Origin: Octopus vulgaris
Taxonomy: Eukaryota
Assembly: GCA_951406725.2 (NCBI GenBank)
Contig: OX597835.1
Coordinates: forward strand, 3,720,001-3,784,000
Reading direction: 5' to 3'
DNA: 64,000 nucleotides
How positions within the stretch are numbered: the stretch's first letter is position 1; every line of letters begins with the position of its first letter. Under the pieces are notes generated by a model. That model ran no database searches and was not told where the DNA came from. It saw only the letters and a list, made by a program, of their open reading frames with translations. Made by a program: the position numbers and the translations under genes. This document shows, piece after piece, positions 29,495-41,630 of this stretch.

Positions 29495-29871
29495 GGCGCA
29501 GGAGTGGCTGTGTGGTAAGTAGCTTGCTAACCAACCACATGGTTCCGGGTTCAGTCCCACTGTGTGGCATCTTGGGCAAGTGTCTTCTGCTATAGCCCCG
29601 GGCCGACCAATGCCTTGTGAGTGGATTTGGTAGACGGAAACTGAAAGAAGCCTGTCGTATATATGTATATATATATATATGTGTGTGTGTGTTTGTGTGT
29701 GTTAGAGTGTCTGTGTTTGTCCCCCTAGCATTGCTTGACAACCGATGCTGGTGTGTTTACGTCCCCGTCACCCAGCGGTTCGGCAAAAGAGACCGATAGA
29801 ATAAGTACTGGACTTACAAAAGAATAAGTCCCGGGGTCAAATGACTGAAACAAGTAAAAGAGTAAAAGAGT
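29495..29871 (+). mobile_element. SINE family A
   Basis: Full head; short internal deletion near the tail. Confidence 0.85.
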
Positions 29872-30179
29872 ACTTATAATACAACATAGTACTGTAATAA
29901 ATACTCTCTGATGACGTGTACATCGTATTCCGGCTATGTCTGCACTACTCATATATAGCCTAACTTCCATAAAAGAAAGAAGAAAAAATATACGCCAACA
30001 TTACATCATCCAGAAGATGCGACTGTGGATATTAACAAACTGCAATGAACACAAACGAAATTACAAGAAAGAACTGTAGAAAGATAAAACCAAAAACACA
30101 ATCTAGTTTTTAAACATCATGTATACAAGAAAAAAATTGTGCTTAGCATACACATACATACATTCCAATACACAGACAC

Positions 30180-30260
<81 letters not shown>

Positions 30261-30293
30261 CAGACAGATATATTGATTGATAGATAGATAGAT

Positions 30294-30382
<89 letters not shown>

Positions 30383-30453
30383 CAGACAGATATATTGATT
30401 GATAGATAGATAGATAGAAAGAGAGAGACAGAGAGACAGACAGACAGACAGAC

Positions 30454-30520
<67 letters not shown>

Positions 30521-30549
30521 CAGACAGATATATTGATAGATAGATAGAT

Positions 30550-30594
<45 letters not shown>

Positions 30595-30623
30595 CTGACA
30601 GACAGACAGACAGACAGACAGAC

Positions 30624-30678
<55 letters not shown>

Positions 30679-30683
30679 CAGAC
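30180..30683. repeat. Compound (GATA)n/(GACA)n/(GA)n microsatellite
   Basis: Direct reading; recurring tatattga interruption. Confidence 0.95.
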
Positions 30684-31144
30684 GAGGTACTTACGCACAG
30701 ATTCAACCTAGCAAACAAAAGACGAGATGAAAGGTTCGTAAATGAGTCTAGACATTGTTCTTGTATTTCTGCTTATTCACAGATAAACATAAACTCTAGA
30801 ATTTTAAGGGGTGGGGTTGGACTTTATTTCCTTCTGAATAGCGGCGGCGATTTAAGAGAAGTAAAATGGTTACATCTAAAACCGGGTTTTTGAAACTCAA
30901 TTCTTCCCTAGATAATTGTCACTCTGCGGTTTTGGGACATTTTTACAAATGAAGATGTGATGTTTGTGTTAACACATGTTTAAACATCGCTACATGATTT
31001 CAGCATAATAAACACCTCTAAATAGATACCAGTATGTATAAACCGCTTCATAGATGCCAGCGTGTATGAATACCCCTACATAAATACATGCGTCTATAAA
31101 CGCCTCAATTTAGTGCAAGCAGGTACATTATTTGGAATTTAAAA

Positions 31145-31443
31145 TCTTTATATATAAAAGTCAAGTTGTGTGTCTGTCTCCTACGATTTAGATTCCTAAC
31201 TACTCCCACATTTTGCGGTGCAGTTTAGCCAAAACCGGGTATCTTATAGTCGTGATTCATATCGAGCCCTTCTGGGTATTAGCGCGCGTCTACGATGAGT
31301 CTACGATTAAAAAAAAAAATTACCATAATTTTTTTTCCATTTTTAATGCATTTTTTTTTGCTATTTTTTGGCTATAACTCTCTAAAAATGCTTATATAGT
31401 TATTTCCCTTACAAACCCGAGCAACGCCGGGCGATACTGCTAG
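31145..31443 (+). mobile_element. Non-autonomous Helitron-type element, second copy
   Basis: a|TCTTTATATATAAAAG...cccgagcaacgccgggcgatactgCTAG|t; near-identical to 24409-24805 but without the duplication. Confidence 0.8.
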
Positions 31444-31734
31444 TACAATATAATCTAAAAACAAGATTATAGACTACAAGTGGGAGCCTTTACGCGTTGC
31501 CCTGTCTACAATAAATAGCAGTCAAACCTCCCTCGAATCGCACTGTACCATCTTTAAAAGAGAAAGTACACATTGGACGATGTAGATATACAAGGAGGCA
31601 GTCTGGTCACAAATGGAACGTCAAAGATCTCCACGAAGAGGACTGATCTGGGGCTATACAGCAAGAAAAACTATTAACATAAATATAATATTCACCAGAA
31701 TAACAAGTGCAGTAATAACAATAATCTTTACTAC

Positions 31735-31910
31735 TCTAGGCACAAGACCCGAAATTTTTGTGGGAGGTCGGCCGGTCGGTTAGATCGACCCCAGTACGCA
31801 ACGTAAGGATGAAAAGCGAAGTCGACCGCGGCAGAATTTGAACTCAGAACGACGTAAAGACAGACAAAATGCTGCAAAGGTTTTACCCGGTATGCTAACG
31901 TCTCTGCCAG
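31735..31910 (-). mobile_element. Diverged SINE family B
   Basis: Core homology. Confidence 0.65.
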
Positions 31911-32508
31911 TGATACCAATAATAACATGACTTAGGTAAAAAAAAACAAAACAATAATAATAAATAACTGAGAATGTCTTACCTGAAGTAATTGGCTTTC
32001 ACACAATGATCAGAAGAATGTGCTTGTGTTTTATTATCGTAACAAATAGAGTTGTTTAGTTCTTAACGTGGCTAATATTTAAGTGGAATGATCAGGTAAT
32101 GAATGCCACGGTGATCGTTGGTTGACCAATAGCAAACACAACATCTGTCGCCAACAGAACGGCTGAAAATGTAATCAGATGCATTGATTTTTGGCAGTGA
32201 TTCGTGTAAGATTGGAAAGGCATGAGTTGGCATAGATTTTATAATAATATTCATGAGCAACGTGGAGACGGAAATTAATTGTTTTATTATCGATAGAAAG
32301 CGCCAACAGTCAATTCCGTTCTTTCTACTCTCTCCCCACCACCTTGACAACGCAGCATCGTTTTGTAGAGACCCACGTGTCAGGTAAACCTAATTTAATG
32401 ATTTCTCCGTGGAACGTGGCAAAAAAGAAAAAGTCAAAATAGAAACTTGTTGAGATTTTCATATTATAACAAAAGAAAGAGGGCGAATCTAAATAATATT
32501 TACTGGGT

Positions 32509-32547
<39 letters not shown>

Positions 32548-32742
32548 TGCACACGCACATACACACGCACATACACACTCACACAAATACAAACACTGAT
32601 ATGTTTGTGTGTGTATGTTTATATCTAAGTCTGTAATCATGTGTATATTTATATATACATGTGTGTGAGTATATGTATGCATGTATACGTGAATATCTAT
32701 ACTTGTCTATGTACTCGTACGCATGCATACATACATAGACAC

Positions 32743-32792
<50 letters not shown>

Positions 32793-32984
32793 TAAGCAAT
32801 AAAGGGTTTAGCAACGAGTTGCCTTACCACATACCGAATTTAGAAATAGCAGTCAAAGAGTTATAGCTATTTCTTCTACTAAAAAGGAGATCTCAGTAAA
32901 AAGTAAAAAACAGCAATTTGAAGGCAGACACAAACAGGTAAGAGAGGATGAATTGACGGCAATCTATCATACAATTTTAAGTTA

Positions 32985-33084
32985 TCTACGGACGTACGTT
33001 TCGAAATCAAGTTTTTAGGAAAGGATAAGAATTAAATATTAAATAATTCTATCTTACCAAAACCTCTTTTCTCTTCAGCGTAGA
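32985..33084 (-). ncRNA. Type I hammerhead ribozyme (canonical core), tandem unit 1
   Basis: Minus-strand RNA UCUACG-CUGAAGA-GAAA...UUUC-GAAAC-GUAC-GUC-CGUAGA: 6-bp stem I, intact CUGANGA and GAAA core, long stem II, minimal stem III with palindromic GUAC loop, GUC triplet. Confidence 0.85.
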
Positions 33085-33574
33085 ATACTATAATCATAAA
33101 TGATTATATATTGAATTTTGAGATACTAGAAGGCACCAACTCAACTCAGTATCAGAGCGAGCTAGAATCCGCAACTAGTATCACTAAATTCAATGCTTGA
33201 ATGAAGAGATTGTATCACCAGCCCCTTCCCACCCGCGTGTAGCCAAAACAAGATGCTGTGGTCATCTACTGAGATAAAATATGGTTATCCGTAATAATGA
33301 AGGGTGAAATTAATTAATTTGGAATATTATCAATAACACCAAGTAGTCTTCGGCATGTAAAAGCCTCATTCGAGGAAAATTTAAGTAATACTAAGCAATA
33401 AAGGGTTTAGCAACGAGTTGCCTTACCACATACCGAATTTAGAAATAGCAGTCAAAGAGTTATAGCTATTTCTTCTACTAAAAAGGAGATCTCAGTAAAA
33501 ACAGCAATTTGAAGGCAGACACAAACAGGTAAGAGAGATGAATTGACGGCAATCTATCATACAATTTTAAGTTA

Positions 33575-33674
33575 TCTACGGACGTACGTTTCGAAATCAA
33601 GTTTTTAGGAAAGGATAAGAATTAAATATTAAATAATTCTATCTTACCAAAACCTCTTTTCTCTTCAGCGTAGA
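33575..33674 (-). ncRNA. Type I hammerhead ribozyme, tandem unit 2
   Basis: Same motif as 32985-33084, 590 bp away. Confidence 0.85.
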
Positions 33675-34026
33675 ATACTATAATCATAAATGATTATATA
33701 TTGAATTTTGAGATACTAGAAGGCACCAACTCAACTCAGTATCAGAGCGAGCTAGAATCCGCAACTAGTATCACTAAATTCAATGCTTGAATGAAGAGAT
33801 TGTATCACCAGCCCCTTCCCACCCGCGTGTAGCCAAAACAAGATGCTGTGGTCATCTTATCTCAGTAGATGACCACAGCATCTTGTTTTGCTGTGGTCAT
33901 CTCTCTTCATTCAAGCATTGAATTTAGTGATACTAGTTGCGGATTCTAGCTCGCTCTGATACTGAGTTGAGTTGGTGCCTTCTAGTATCTCAAAATTCAA
34001 TATATAATCATTTATGATTATAGTAT

Positions 34027-34124
34027 TCTACGCTGAAGAAAAAGAGGTTTTGGTAAGATAGAATTATTTAATATTTAATTCTTATCCTTTCCTAAAAACT
34101 TGATTTCAAGCAAACGTCCGTAGA
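34027..34124 (+). ncRNA. Damaged hammerhead copy in the inverted arm
   Basis: tctacg-ctgaaga...tttc-aagcaaac-gtc-cgtaga; the GAAAC core is corrupted. Confidence 0.6.
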
Positions 34125-34404
34125 TAACTTAAAATTGTATGATAGATTGCCGTCAATTCATCCTCTCTACCTGTTTGTGTCTGCCTTCCAATTGCTGTTT
34201 TACTGAGATCTCCCCTTTAGTAGAGAAATAGCTATAACTCTTTGACTGCTATTTCTAAATTCAAGAGCAATAATGTAAGGCAACTTCGTTGCTTTTATTG
34301 CTTAAATTCTCCTCGAATGAGGCACATGCCGAGACTACTTGGTGTTATTGATAATTATTAAATTAATTAATTTCACCCTTCATTATATATATATATATAT
34401 ATAT

Positions 34405-34815
34405 CAGTAATAATAAAAGGTGAAATTAATTAATTAGGGATAATTATCAATTACACCAAGTAGATTTCAGCATGTAAAAGCCCCATTCGAGGAAAATTTA
34501 AGTAATACTAAGTAATTAAGGGTTTAGCAACGAATTGCCTCACCAACACACCGAATTTAGAAATAGCAGTCAAAGAGATATAGCTATTCCTTCTACTAAA
34601 AGGGGGATCTCAGTAAAAACACAGCACTTGAAAGGCAAACACAGACAGGTAAGAAAGAAAGAATGAAATGACGGCAATCCATCATGCAATTTTACGTTAC
34701 CTACGGACGTACGTTTCGAGATCAAGTTTTAGGATAGCGTAAGAATTAGAAAATTCTACTTTACCCGTACTTCTTCTCTCATCGGCGCAGGATACTACAA
34801 TTATGAATAATTGTA
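34405..34815 (-). mobile_element. Hammerhead element subfamily 2, partial copy
   Basis: Homologous to the 590-bp unit, starts at a (TA)n tract, near-identical to parts of 39765-40322. Confidence 0.75.
34700..34791 (-). ncRNA. Hammerhead ribozyme variant (CCGAUGA core), subfamily 2
   Basis: CCUGCG-CCGAUGA-GAGA...UCUC-GAAAC-GUAC-GUC-CGUAGG; stems covary with subfamily 1. Confidence 0.75.
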
Positions 34816-34819
34816 GTAT

Positions 34820-35248
34820 CTATTGATGTGGTATACGAAGCTTCCCTGATATAATTCCACCTACTTTCAGCAGAGGAGGTTGGGCAGCTACTGAGGGCAA
34901 CCTTGATAGAAACAGCAAAACATTGTCGCAGTGTAGGGTCCGAGGTTCTGGCAGTGTTAATGCGTAGTTGGCTCATTTTCTTGGAGTGATGGACTTTTTA
35001 GGCAGAATCCTCACCCTTCTTATTAGTGAATGATCTGTGTCACAATCCGCGCTACGGGTCAGTTGAACAGAATTCAGAAAGGATCTTCGTGTAATGATGA
35101 GATCCAACTGATGCCAGTGGTGAGATCTTGGATGTCTCCAAGATGCCTTATGGGATGTCTTGTTGGGAAAGAATGTGTTGGTGATGCACAGGTTATGGTA
35201 TGTGCAAAATTCAAGTAGTCTCTGGCCATTGTCATTCATGTTGCCAAT
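34820..35248 (-). mobile_element. RTE-type LINE endonuclease (APE) fragment
   Basis: IGNMNDNGQRLLEFCTYHNLCITNTFF...SWRHPRSHHWHQLDLII...DCDTDHSL. Confidence 0.85.
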
Positions 35249-35318
35249 ACTAAAACACATACACTTACATATATACATATATATACGATTGATTTGTTTC
35301 AGTTCCTGTCCACGAAAT

Positions 35319-35363
<45 letters not shown>

Positions 35364-35469
35364 TATATGTACACACACACACACACACACACAAAGATAA
35401 ATTGATAGATACAACTGAGTGGGCAAACAAAAATGTGAGACACTGCGTAGAGCTTTTTTAAATTTTGAT

Positions 35470-35590
35470 AAGCCTGGTACTTATTCTATCAGTTTCTTCT
35501 TGTGAAACCAGTATGTTATGGGGATGTAAATAAACGAACACCAGTTGTGAAGCAGTGATGAGGGAGAAACACAAAGACACACACACAGAC

Positions 35591-35643
<53 letters not shown>

Positions 35644-35775
35644 CGATTGATTTCTTTCAGTTTCTGTCTACAAAATCCACTGACAAGGCTTTGGTTGGTC
35701 TCAGGCTATAGTAGAAGACACATGCCAAGTTACCACACAGTGGGACTGAACTGAGAACCATGCGTTTTGGAACCA
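35470..35775 (-). mobile_element. Diverged SINE family A
   Basis: Recognisable body and head remnants. Confidence 0.65.
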
Positions 35776-36139
35776 TAAGAATGCATAAATCTAAAATCGT
35801 AAATAATTTCTTTGTTATTGTAGTATATATCAGTAAAAAATGGAATATTCCCAAAATTGCATGATTAACTAAATGATTTTCATTTCTTATTTAAACGTGG
35901 CAATCCTCTTGAAAAAAAATTGAGAACCTCAAAAACTGAACTTTCACCAACTTGTCATGTAGTGCCTTACTGCTTTCTGCTGGATTTTACCTCGAGAAAG
36001 GAACCCTGATGAAGGAGAGCTGAATTTCGAATACTTCGTACAACAAACGGCTGCAGGTTAGGAAAAAAATTTAATCGCCACTTTTAATTTAGGTTTTTAT
36101 TTTTCATGTTTTTATTTGTATTTCATTGTTATGTTTATA

Positions 36140-36706
36140 TTAGGTCGTCCGGAAAGTTCGTTCCGATTTTTAAAGGAAAGTACATGGTCACTAAATACTT
36201 GCCATTACATTTTTAATGAACCAAATCTGAACCATTTCGTTGCACAATACGTCTCCATCTTACCTTTACCTTAAAAATACCCTCTTCCCAGAATTGGGGT
36301 GGTTTCAAGGAAAATAATTCATCAAGGTATCTTTTTACGTCATCTAAGGAATTGAAATTTTCACCATTAAGACTATTCTGCGGAGACCTGAATAAGTGGA
36401 AATCCGAAGGAGTAATATTTGGTGAATATGGAGGGTGGGGTAAGTCACCCCAGCCAAGCTGCAGCAATTTTTGTCTGGTTCCCAAAGCATCAAATGCCGA
36501 TAATGAATTTTTCTTATCTTTTAATTTAAAGGGTTACAGAATTAACACAGGTTATTAGAACATAAACCTTCTTCCACGAAAAGATAGATTAAACTGTGCT
36601 CCAAATGGAGGTGTAGTCAAATCCTATTTTATGGACTCAAACATGTTCTAAAATAAGTCGAAAGATAAGCTACTATAAATCTGCAAGAACTTTCCGGACA
36701 ACCCAA
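36140..36706 (-). mobile_element. Internally deleted mariner element
   Basis: TIRs ttaggtcgtccggaaagttc / gaactttccggacaacccaa flanked by TA; ORF 36213-36485 contains LPHPPYSPNITPSDFHLF. Confidence 0.88.
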
Positions 36707-37096
36707 TATTTCTATATTTTTATCATGAAATTCTTAATATAAATATGTGGATATTCGTATACCTCATGTGCTACATCTGAATTTTCTTGTCTGGATGTTT
36801 TAAGACAAATATCCGAAATTTTTATCGTATACCACATTTTATTAATACTTAGCTCATATACGGAGGCAAAAATGTTGTACTATATACTGCAGGTTATCTC
36901 CATTAAAATTATATTTAGCATTAGAATTCTTCAAGTTGTATAAAAATGGTTCTTGTCTGCATCATTCGAAAGCGAAATAAATTTTGCATAAGGTGTAAAA
37001 GATAAAAATAATTTGTATGGTGTTAGTAACAAAATATTTTGTAAGAAATAGAACTTTTATCGTCTGTCTTAAATATATTTTCGCCAGTGTATATAT

Positions 37097-38180
37097 CTCA
37101 GGTCATCCCATAAGTTCTGTCTGAATTTTGGATAAAGAATACAAGTGATCAAATGTTATATTTAATCATCAATGTACTTTCCCTAATTATCTATGACTTA
37201 CTTCCATCTATTTACAAGCTTTTTAATCCCATCAACGTAAAACTCTTTTGGTTTCAAAGCGAAGAACTCTGAAATGTCAGGTTCGACCTCCCCTGGCTTG
37301 CGAAAGTTGTATCCCCCCTACTAATTCTGTAAACTATGAAACAAATGGTATCCTGAAGGAGTAAGGTCGGGAGAATAAGTTGGATGAAGAAATTTTTCCA
37401 AACTGACCCCTTCGATCTTCTGTGATGTGATCTTTGCAATGTGGGGTTGCGCATTGTCCTGATGAAACATCACTCGTTTTCGACTCACTAAAGCGGCTCT
37501 TTTTTCCTTCAAAGCTTGGTTCAAACGCTCTAATTGCTGACAGTAGACTTGAGCATTGATTGTTGCATTAGGTGGTAACAATATAAAGTGAATTACGCTT
37601 TTGCAATCGCACCAGATAGAGAGTAGAACCTTTTTCCCATGAAGTTCCCTTCTCGGTTGTGGTTGAGAATTTTCCCTTTTACCAAGCCACTGTTTACGAC
37701 GTCTAGCATTTCGATAGAAAATCCATTTTTCATCACAAGTCTATCGAAAAAGGGTGAAATGAGTTTGCGAGAATGGAGAGAAGAGCAGATGCCAACTCGG
37801 GATTTGCGGTTGCTTTCAGACAATACATAAGGCACCTATTTTCCAAGTTTAGGAATCTTTCCACGTTGTTGAAGATGACGATGAACTGTTGCATGGTTTG
37901 AAGTAAGCTTTATTGCCAATTCTTCAACTGATAATGACGGATTTTCTTCAAGTAATGCCTCAAGGAGCTTGTCAAACTCAACTGGACATCCTGTTCGATA
38001 TTCATCTTCAATTTTGCAGACGATCTCCTGCAAGTTCTTTCATTCGAGCACTTTGCCATAAACTGAGTGTATGTTTCGAGTCACTTCGGCAGCAGAGTTA
38101 CCGTTATTGTACTCATAAAGAATTATATGTACCTTAAATGCTCCTTGGATACTTCCATGTTGAAAGGGTTTTAATCAAAG
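37097..38180 (-). mobile_element. Decayed mariner transposase element
   Basis: Frameshifted ORFs 37321-37581 (FHQDNAQPH, HPTYSPDLTPSGYHLF), 37593-37835 and 37836-38033 (HTH); TIR-like tcaggtcatcccataagttc at the left end. Confidence 0.85.
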
Positions 38181-38185
38181 CAATT

Positions 38186-38908
38186 TTAGGGTGTCCACGA
38201 AGTCTGGGTTTATGGAATAAAATCATAACATAAACAAATAAATATAAGAAATAATAATTTTCCTTTTTTACTTTTGTTTAAATTAAATAAATAAAAAAAT
38301 ACTTTACTTTTCTAAATTTATTTGTTATTTTTTCTACAGATGATCGAATGATGGCTCTGTCTAAAGAAGAAAGAATCCCAGATCGAATGATGAATCTGTC
38401 TAAAGAAGAAAGAATCGAGTTAGTATTATTAAGTGGACGAGAGGGATGGTCTTATCGCAAAATTGCGGAAGAATTTAATCTTCCACACCCTTGTAGGCAA
38501 CCTATTTATTTTACTACCGTCAGGAAATTGCTCAAGAAATTTAAAGAAACAGGCAGTGTTTCGGATAAACCCCGTTCCGGGCGACCAAAGACTTCAGATG
38601 AAACTAAAGAGGCTGTCGAGGCTAAAGTTTCTGCTAGCTAGCCCCCAAAAATCACTTCGTCGGACATCTACGGTGTTAGGTGTTCCAAAACCAACCATCC
38701 ACAAAATGCTGGTTGAGGAAAAGTTTCATCGATACAACCTACAGGTATTGCATCACTTAAATGAAGACGATCCTGATAGACGAATGTAGACGTGCGAATG
38801 GTTTTCAGATAAATTGGATGAAAATATATCAATTTTACGAAAAACTTTGTGTTGTTCATTGACAAAGCTACGTTTTATGTAAATGGTGAGGTCAACAGAC
38901 AGAATCTT
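38186..38908 (+). mobile_element. Tc1/mariner-superfamily transposon remnant, cut by the assembly gap
   Basis: TIR-like agggtgtccacgaagtctgg; HTH KFKETGSVSDKPRSGRP; SLRRTSTVLGVPKPTIHKML; FIDKATFYVNGEVNRQN just before the gap. Confidence 0.8.
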
Positions 38909-39008
38909 NNNNNNNNNNNNNNNNNNNNNNNNNNNNNNNNNNNNNNNNNNNNNNNNNNNNNNNNNNNNNNNNNNNNNNNNNNNNNNNNNNNNNNNNNNNN
39001 NNNNNNNN
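38909..39008. other. Assembly gap (100 N)
   Basis: Run of N. Confidence 0.99.
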
Positions 39009-39602
39009 TTATATATTAACAATTAAGGAACGGCCATCATAGGCCATTCACCCACTAGAAATAACAGCCAAAGCTTCTACCGCAAATAAAGATTAACTCC
39101 GTAAACAGGAGAAAATTAAAAAAACATTTACCCTGTAATTTCTTGTACGGTATACCGTTTCATCTGCTGTTTAATGGTAAACTAACCTGATTAAATTAAA
39201 TCAAGCCAATCTTCCATAAGCCCTCAGATTCTTCAGCAAGAAATAGCTCAAGTCGGAACAGATATTTACACGAGGCATACCCAATCCTGCCAAGGCAATA
39301 TCTGACCTAAAATTTTCAAATCGTCGCACTCGCGCCAAATTTATTGGCAGCAAATAAATATAAGCCGTCGATTCCAATTACGGAATTAACTAAAAAATTC
39401 ATAATTAATCAATATAGGGTGGCAAGGAAAATTTTGTAGAATTTTTTTGCCACCAGCGGCCCAGTGGGAAAAAAATTAAATATATATAACCCACTAGAAA
39501 TAACAGCCAAAGCTTCTACCGCAAATAAAGATCAATTCCGTAAACAGGGCCGCTGGTAAAAAAATTCTACAAAATTTTCCTTGCCACCCTATATTGATTA
39601 AT

Positions 39603-40322
39603 TTTTGAGATACTAGAATGCATCATCTCAACTCAGAGCGAGCTAAAGCATGACCAGTACCACGAAATTCAAAGTTTGAATGAAAGTTTGTGTCACCAGC
39701 CCCCTTCCACCCGCGTGTAGCCAAGACAAAATGCTGTGGTCATTTACTGGGATAAAATATGGTTATCAGTAATAATAAAAGGTGAAATTAATTAATTAGG
39801 GATAATTATCAATTACACCAAGTAGATTTCAGCATGTAAAAGCCCCTTCGAGGAAAATTTAAGTAATACTAAGTAATTAAGGGTTTAGCAACGAATTGCC
39901 TCACCAACACACCGAATTTAGAAATAGCAGTCAAAGAGATATAGCTATTCCTTCTACTAAAAGGGGGATCTCAGTAAAAACACAGCACTTGAAAGGCAAA
40001 CACAAAATTTAATATACAATTATTCATAATTGTAGTATCCTGCGCCGATGAGAGAAGAAGTACGGGTAAAGTAGAATTTTCTAATTCTTACGCTATCCTA
40101 AAACTTGATCTCGAAACGTACGTCCGTAGGTAACGTAAAATTGCATGATGGATTGCCGTCATTTCATTCTTTCTTTCTTACCTGTCTGTGTTTGCCTTTC
40201 AAGTGCTGTGTTTTTACTGAGATCCCCCTTTTAGTAGAAGGAATAGCTATATCTCTTTGACTGCTATTTCTAAATTCGGTGTGTTGGTGAGGCAATTCGT
40301 TGCTAAACCCTTAATTACTTAG
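39603..40322. mobile_element. Hammerhead element subfamily 2 with direct plus inverted arms
   Basis: 39603-40005 has the same orientation as the 33110-33510 region. 40015-40322 is inverted, carries the hammerhead and ends ...cccttaattacttag(TA)n. Confidence 0.75.
40039..40130 (+). ncRNA. Hammerhead ribozyme variant (CCGAUGA core), subfamily 2
   Basis: Reverse-complement copy of 34700-34791: cctgcg ccgatga gaga...tctc gaaac gtac gtc cgtagg. Confidence 0.75.
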
Positions 40323-41245
40323 TATATATATATATATATATATATATCATACAAAATAGGACATGAACGCAAAATATCCGGACAACTAAGTGATACAAAA
40401 GGGGACAACAAAACATCCAGATAGACGATACAAAGAAAACAAGGACGGGTCATTCGAAGTTTTCTATCTTCAGTCAAGAACCAGATTATCCTCGTAATCC
40501 CGGCTGATATATATATATATATATCACCCTTTTTTGGGTTTTTTTTGGAGGGGGGCACAGACGCACAAATTTCTGAAAAGTTAGCGTCGATATAATCGAT
40601 TGTAATGTTCCCATGTCAGCATTTAAGACGGCATTTGCTTCAATTCTCTGTACTTTGAGTTCGAATCCCCATCGACATCAACTTCGACTTTCAGAGTCGA
40701 TATAGTTAGTGCCAATCTAAAGATATGGTTCGATGTCCTACGGTATATATTCCGGGTTATTACGTTCCGAGTTCAAATCCAAGTACCAATAACCAGCTTT
40801 TAATTGCGCATGGCGAAAACATAACTGACCCCTGACTACTAGTAGGCCTAATACTAACGTGCATATGTCGGCAACGGCATGTTGGGACTTTCATCCTGTT
40901 GTTGACCGAAAATGGCTGAATGGAAAGGAACTTGGTACTTCTTGTCTGTCATCGATGGTGATGCCTTCGGTACATTTCATCCAAACTTCCGCCCACCTCT
41001 TGACATCAATTGCACCTCGTTCGAATGCCGTTCCCCTCGAAACAGTCTCGAAGCCCCTGGAAAATGTCATGGCCGTCATCCAGCCTTCTCTGATTATGAC
41101 GTTAAAAAACTGTAGGACTTGAATACTAATTGAAAGATCAATGGTTTGTATATTGTCATTTGGCGTTGGACAGTTTCTCGGGTAGTACTTTATCAGTATG
41201 GGTAAGTTCAGCTCCTATGCATAGTAATAAAATAAAATCATCGGT

Positions 41246-41630
41246 GTGTGGAAGCACTCCGTCGGTTACGACGATGAGGGTTCCGGTTGATCCGAATCAA
41301 CGGAACAGCCTGCTCGTGAAATTATCGTGTAAGTGGCTGAGCACTCCACAGACACGTGTACCCCTAACGTAGTTCTCGGGGAGATTCAGCGTGACACAGA
41401 GAGTGACAAGGCCGGCCCTTGAAATACAGGTACAACAGAAACAGAAGTAATAGTGAAAGAAAGTTATAGTGAAAGAGTACAGCAGGGATCACCACACCCT
41501 GCCGGAGCCTCGTGGAGCTTTTAGGTGTTTTCGCTCAATAAACACTCACAACGCCCGGTCTGGGAATGGAAACCGCGATCCTATGACCGCGAGTCCGCTG
41601 CCCTAACCACTGGGCCATTGCGCCTCCACT
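41246..41630 (-). mobile_element. SINE family C, full length with TSD
   Basis: Same head as 15618; TSD aaatcatcggt at 41235-41245 and 41632-41642; tail shared with 15001-15170. Confidence 0.85.

Larger units (their letters stand above)
32790..34385 (-). mobile_element. Hammerhead-bearing non-autonomous Penelope-like/retrozyme locus: about 1.8 tandem 590-bp units plus an inverted arm, bounded by (TA)n
   Basis: Direct repeat 32790-33270 vs 33389-33857; inversion junction near 33858; inverted degenerate arm to 34385; TA tracts at both ends; no ORF. Confidence 0.8.

Noticed and set aside
36002-36060. ctgatga...aaacggctgcagg hammerhead-like string
   Set aside because: No intact GAAA and no convincing stem II; at best a decayed relic
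40440-40480. Minus-strand ctgaaga...gaatgacccgtc in a TA-flanked repeat
   Set aside because: GAAT instead of GAAA and poor stems; cannot be supported from one copy
40859-41122. Non-repetitive segment open in several frames
   Set aside because: No recognisable protein motif or convincing splice sites
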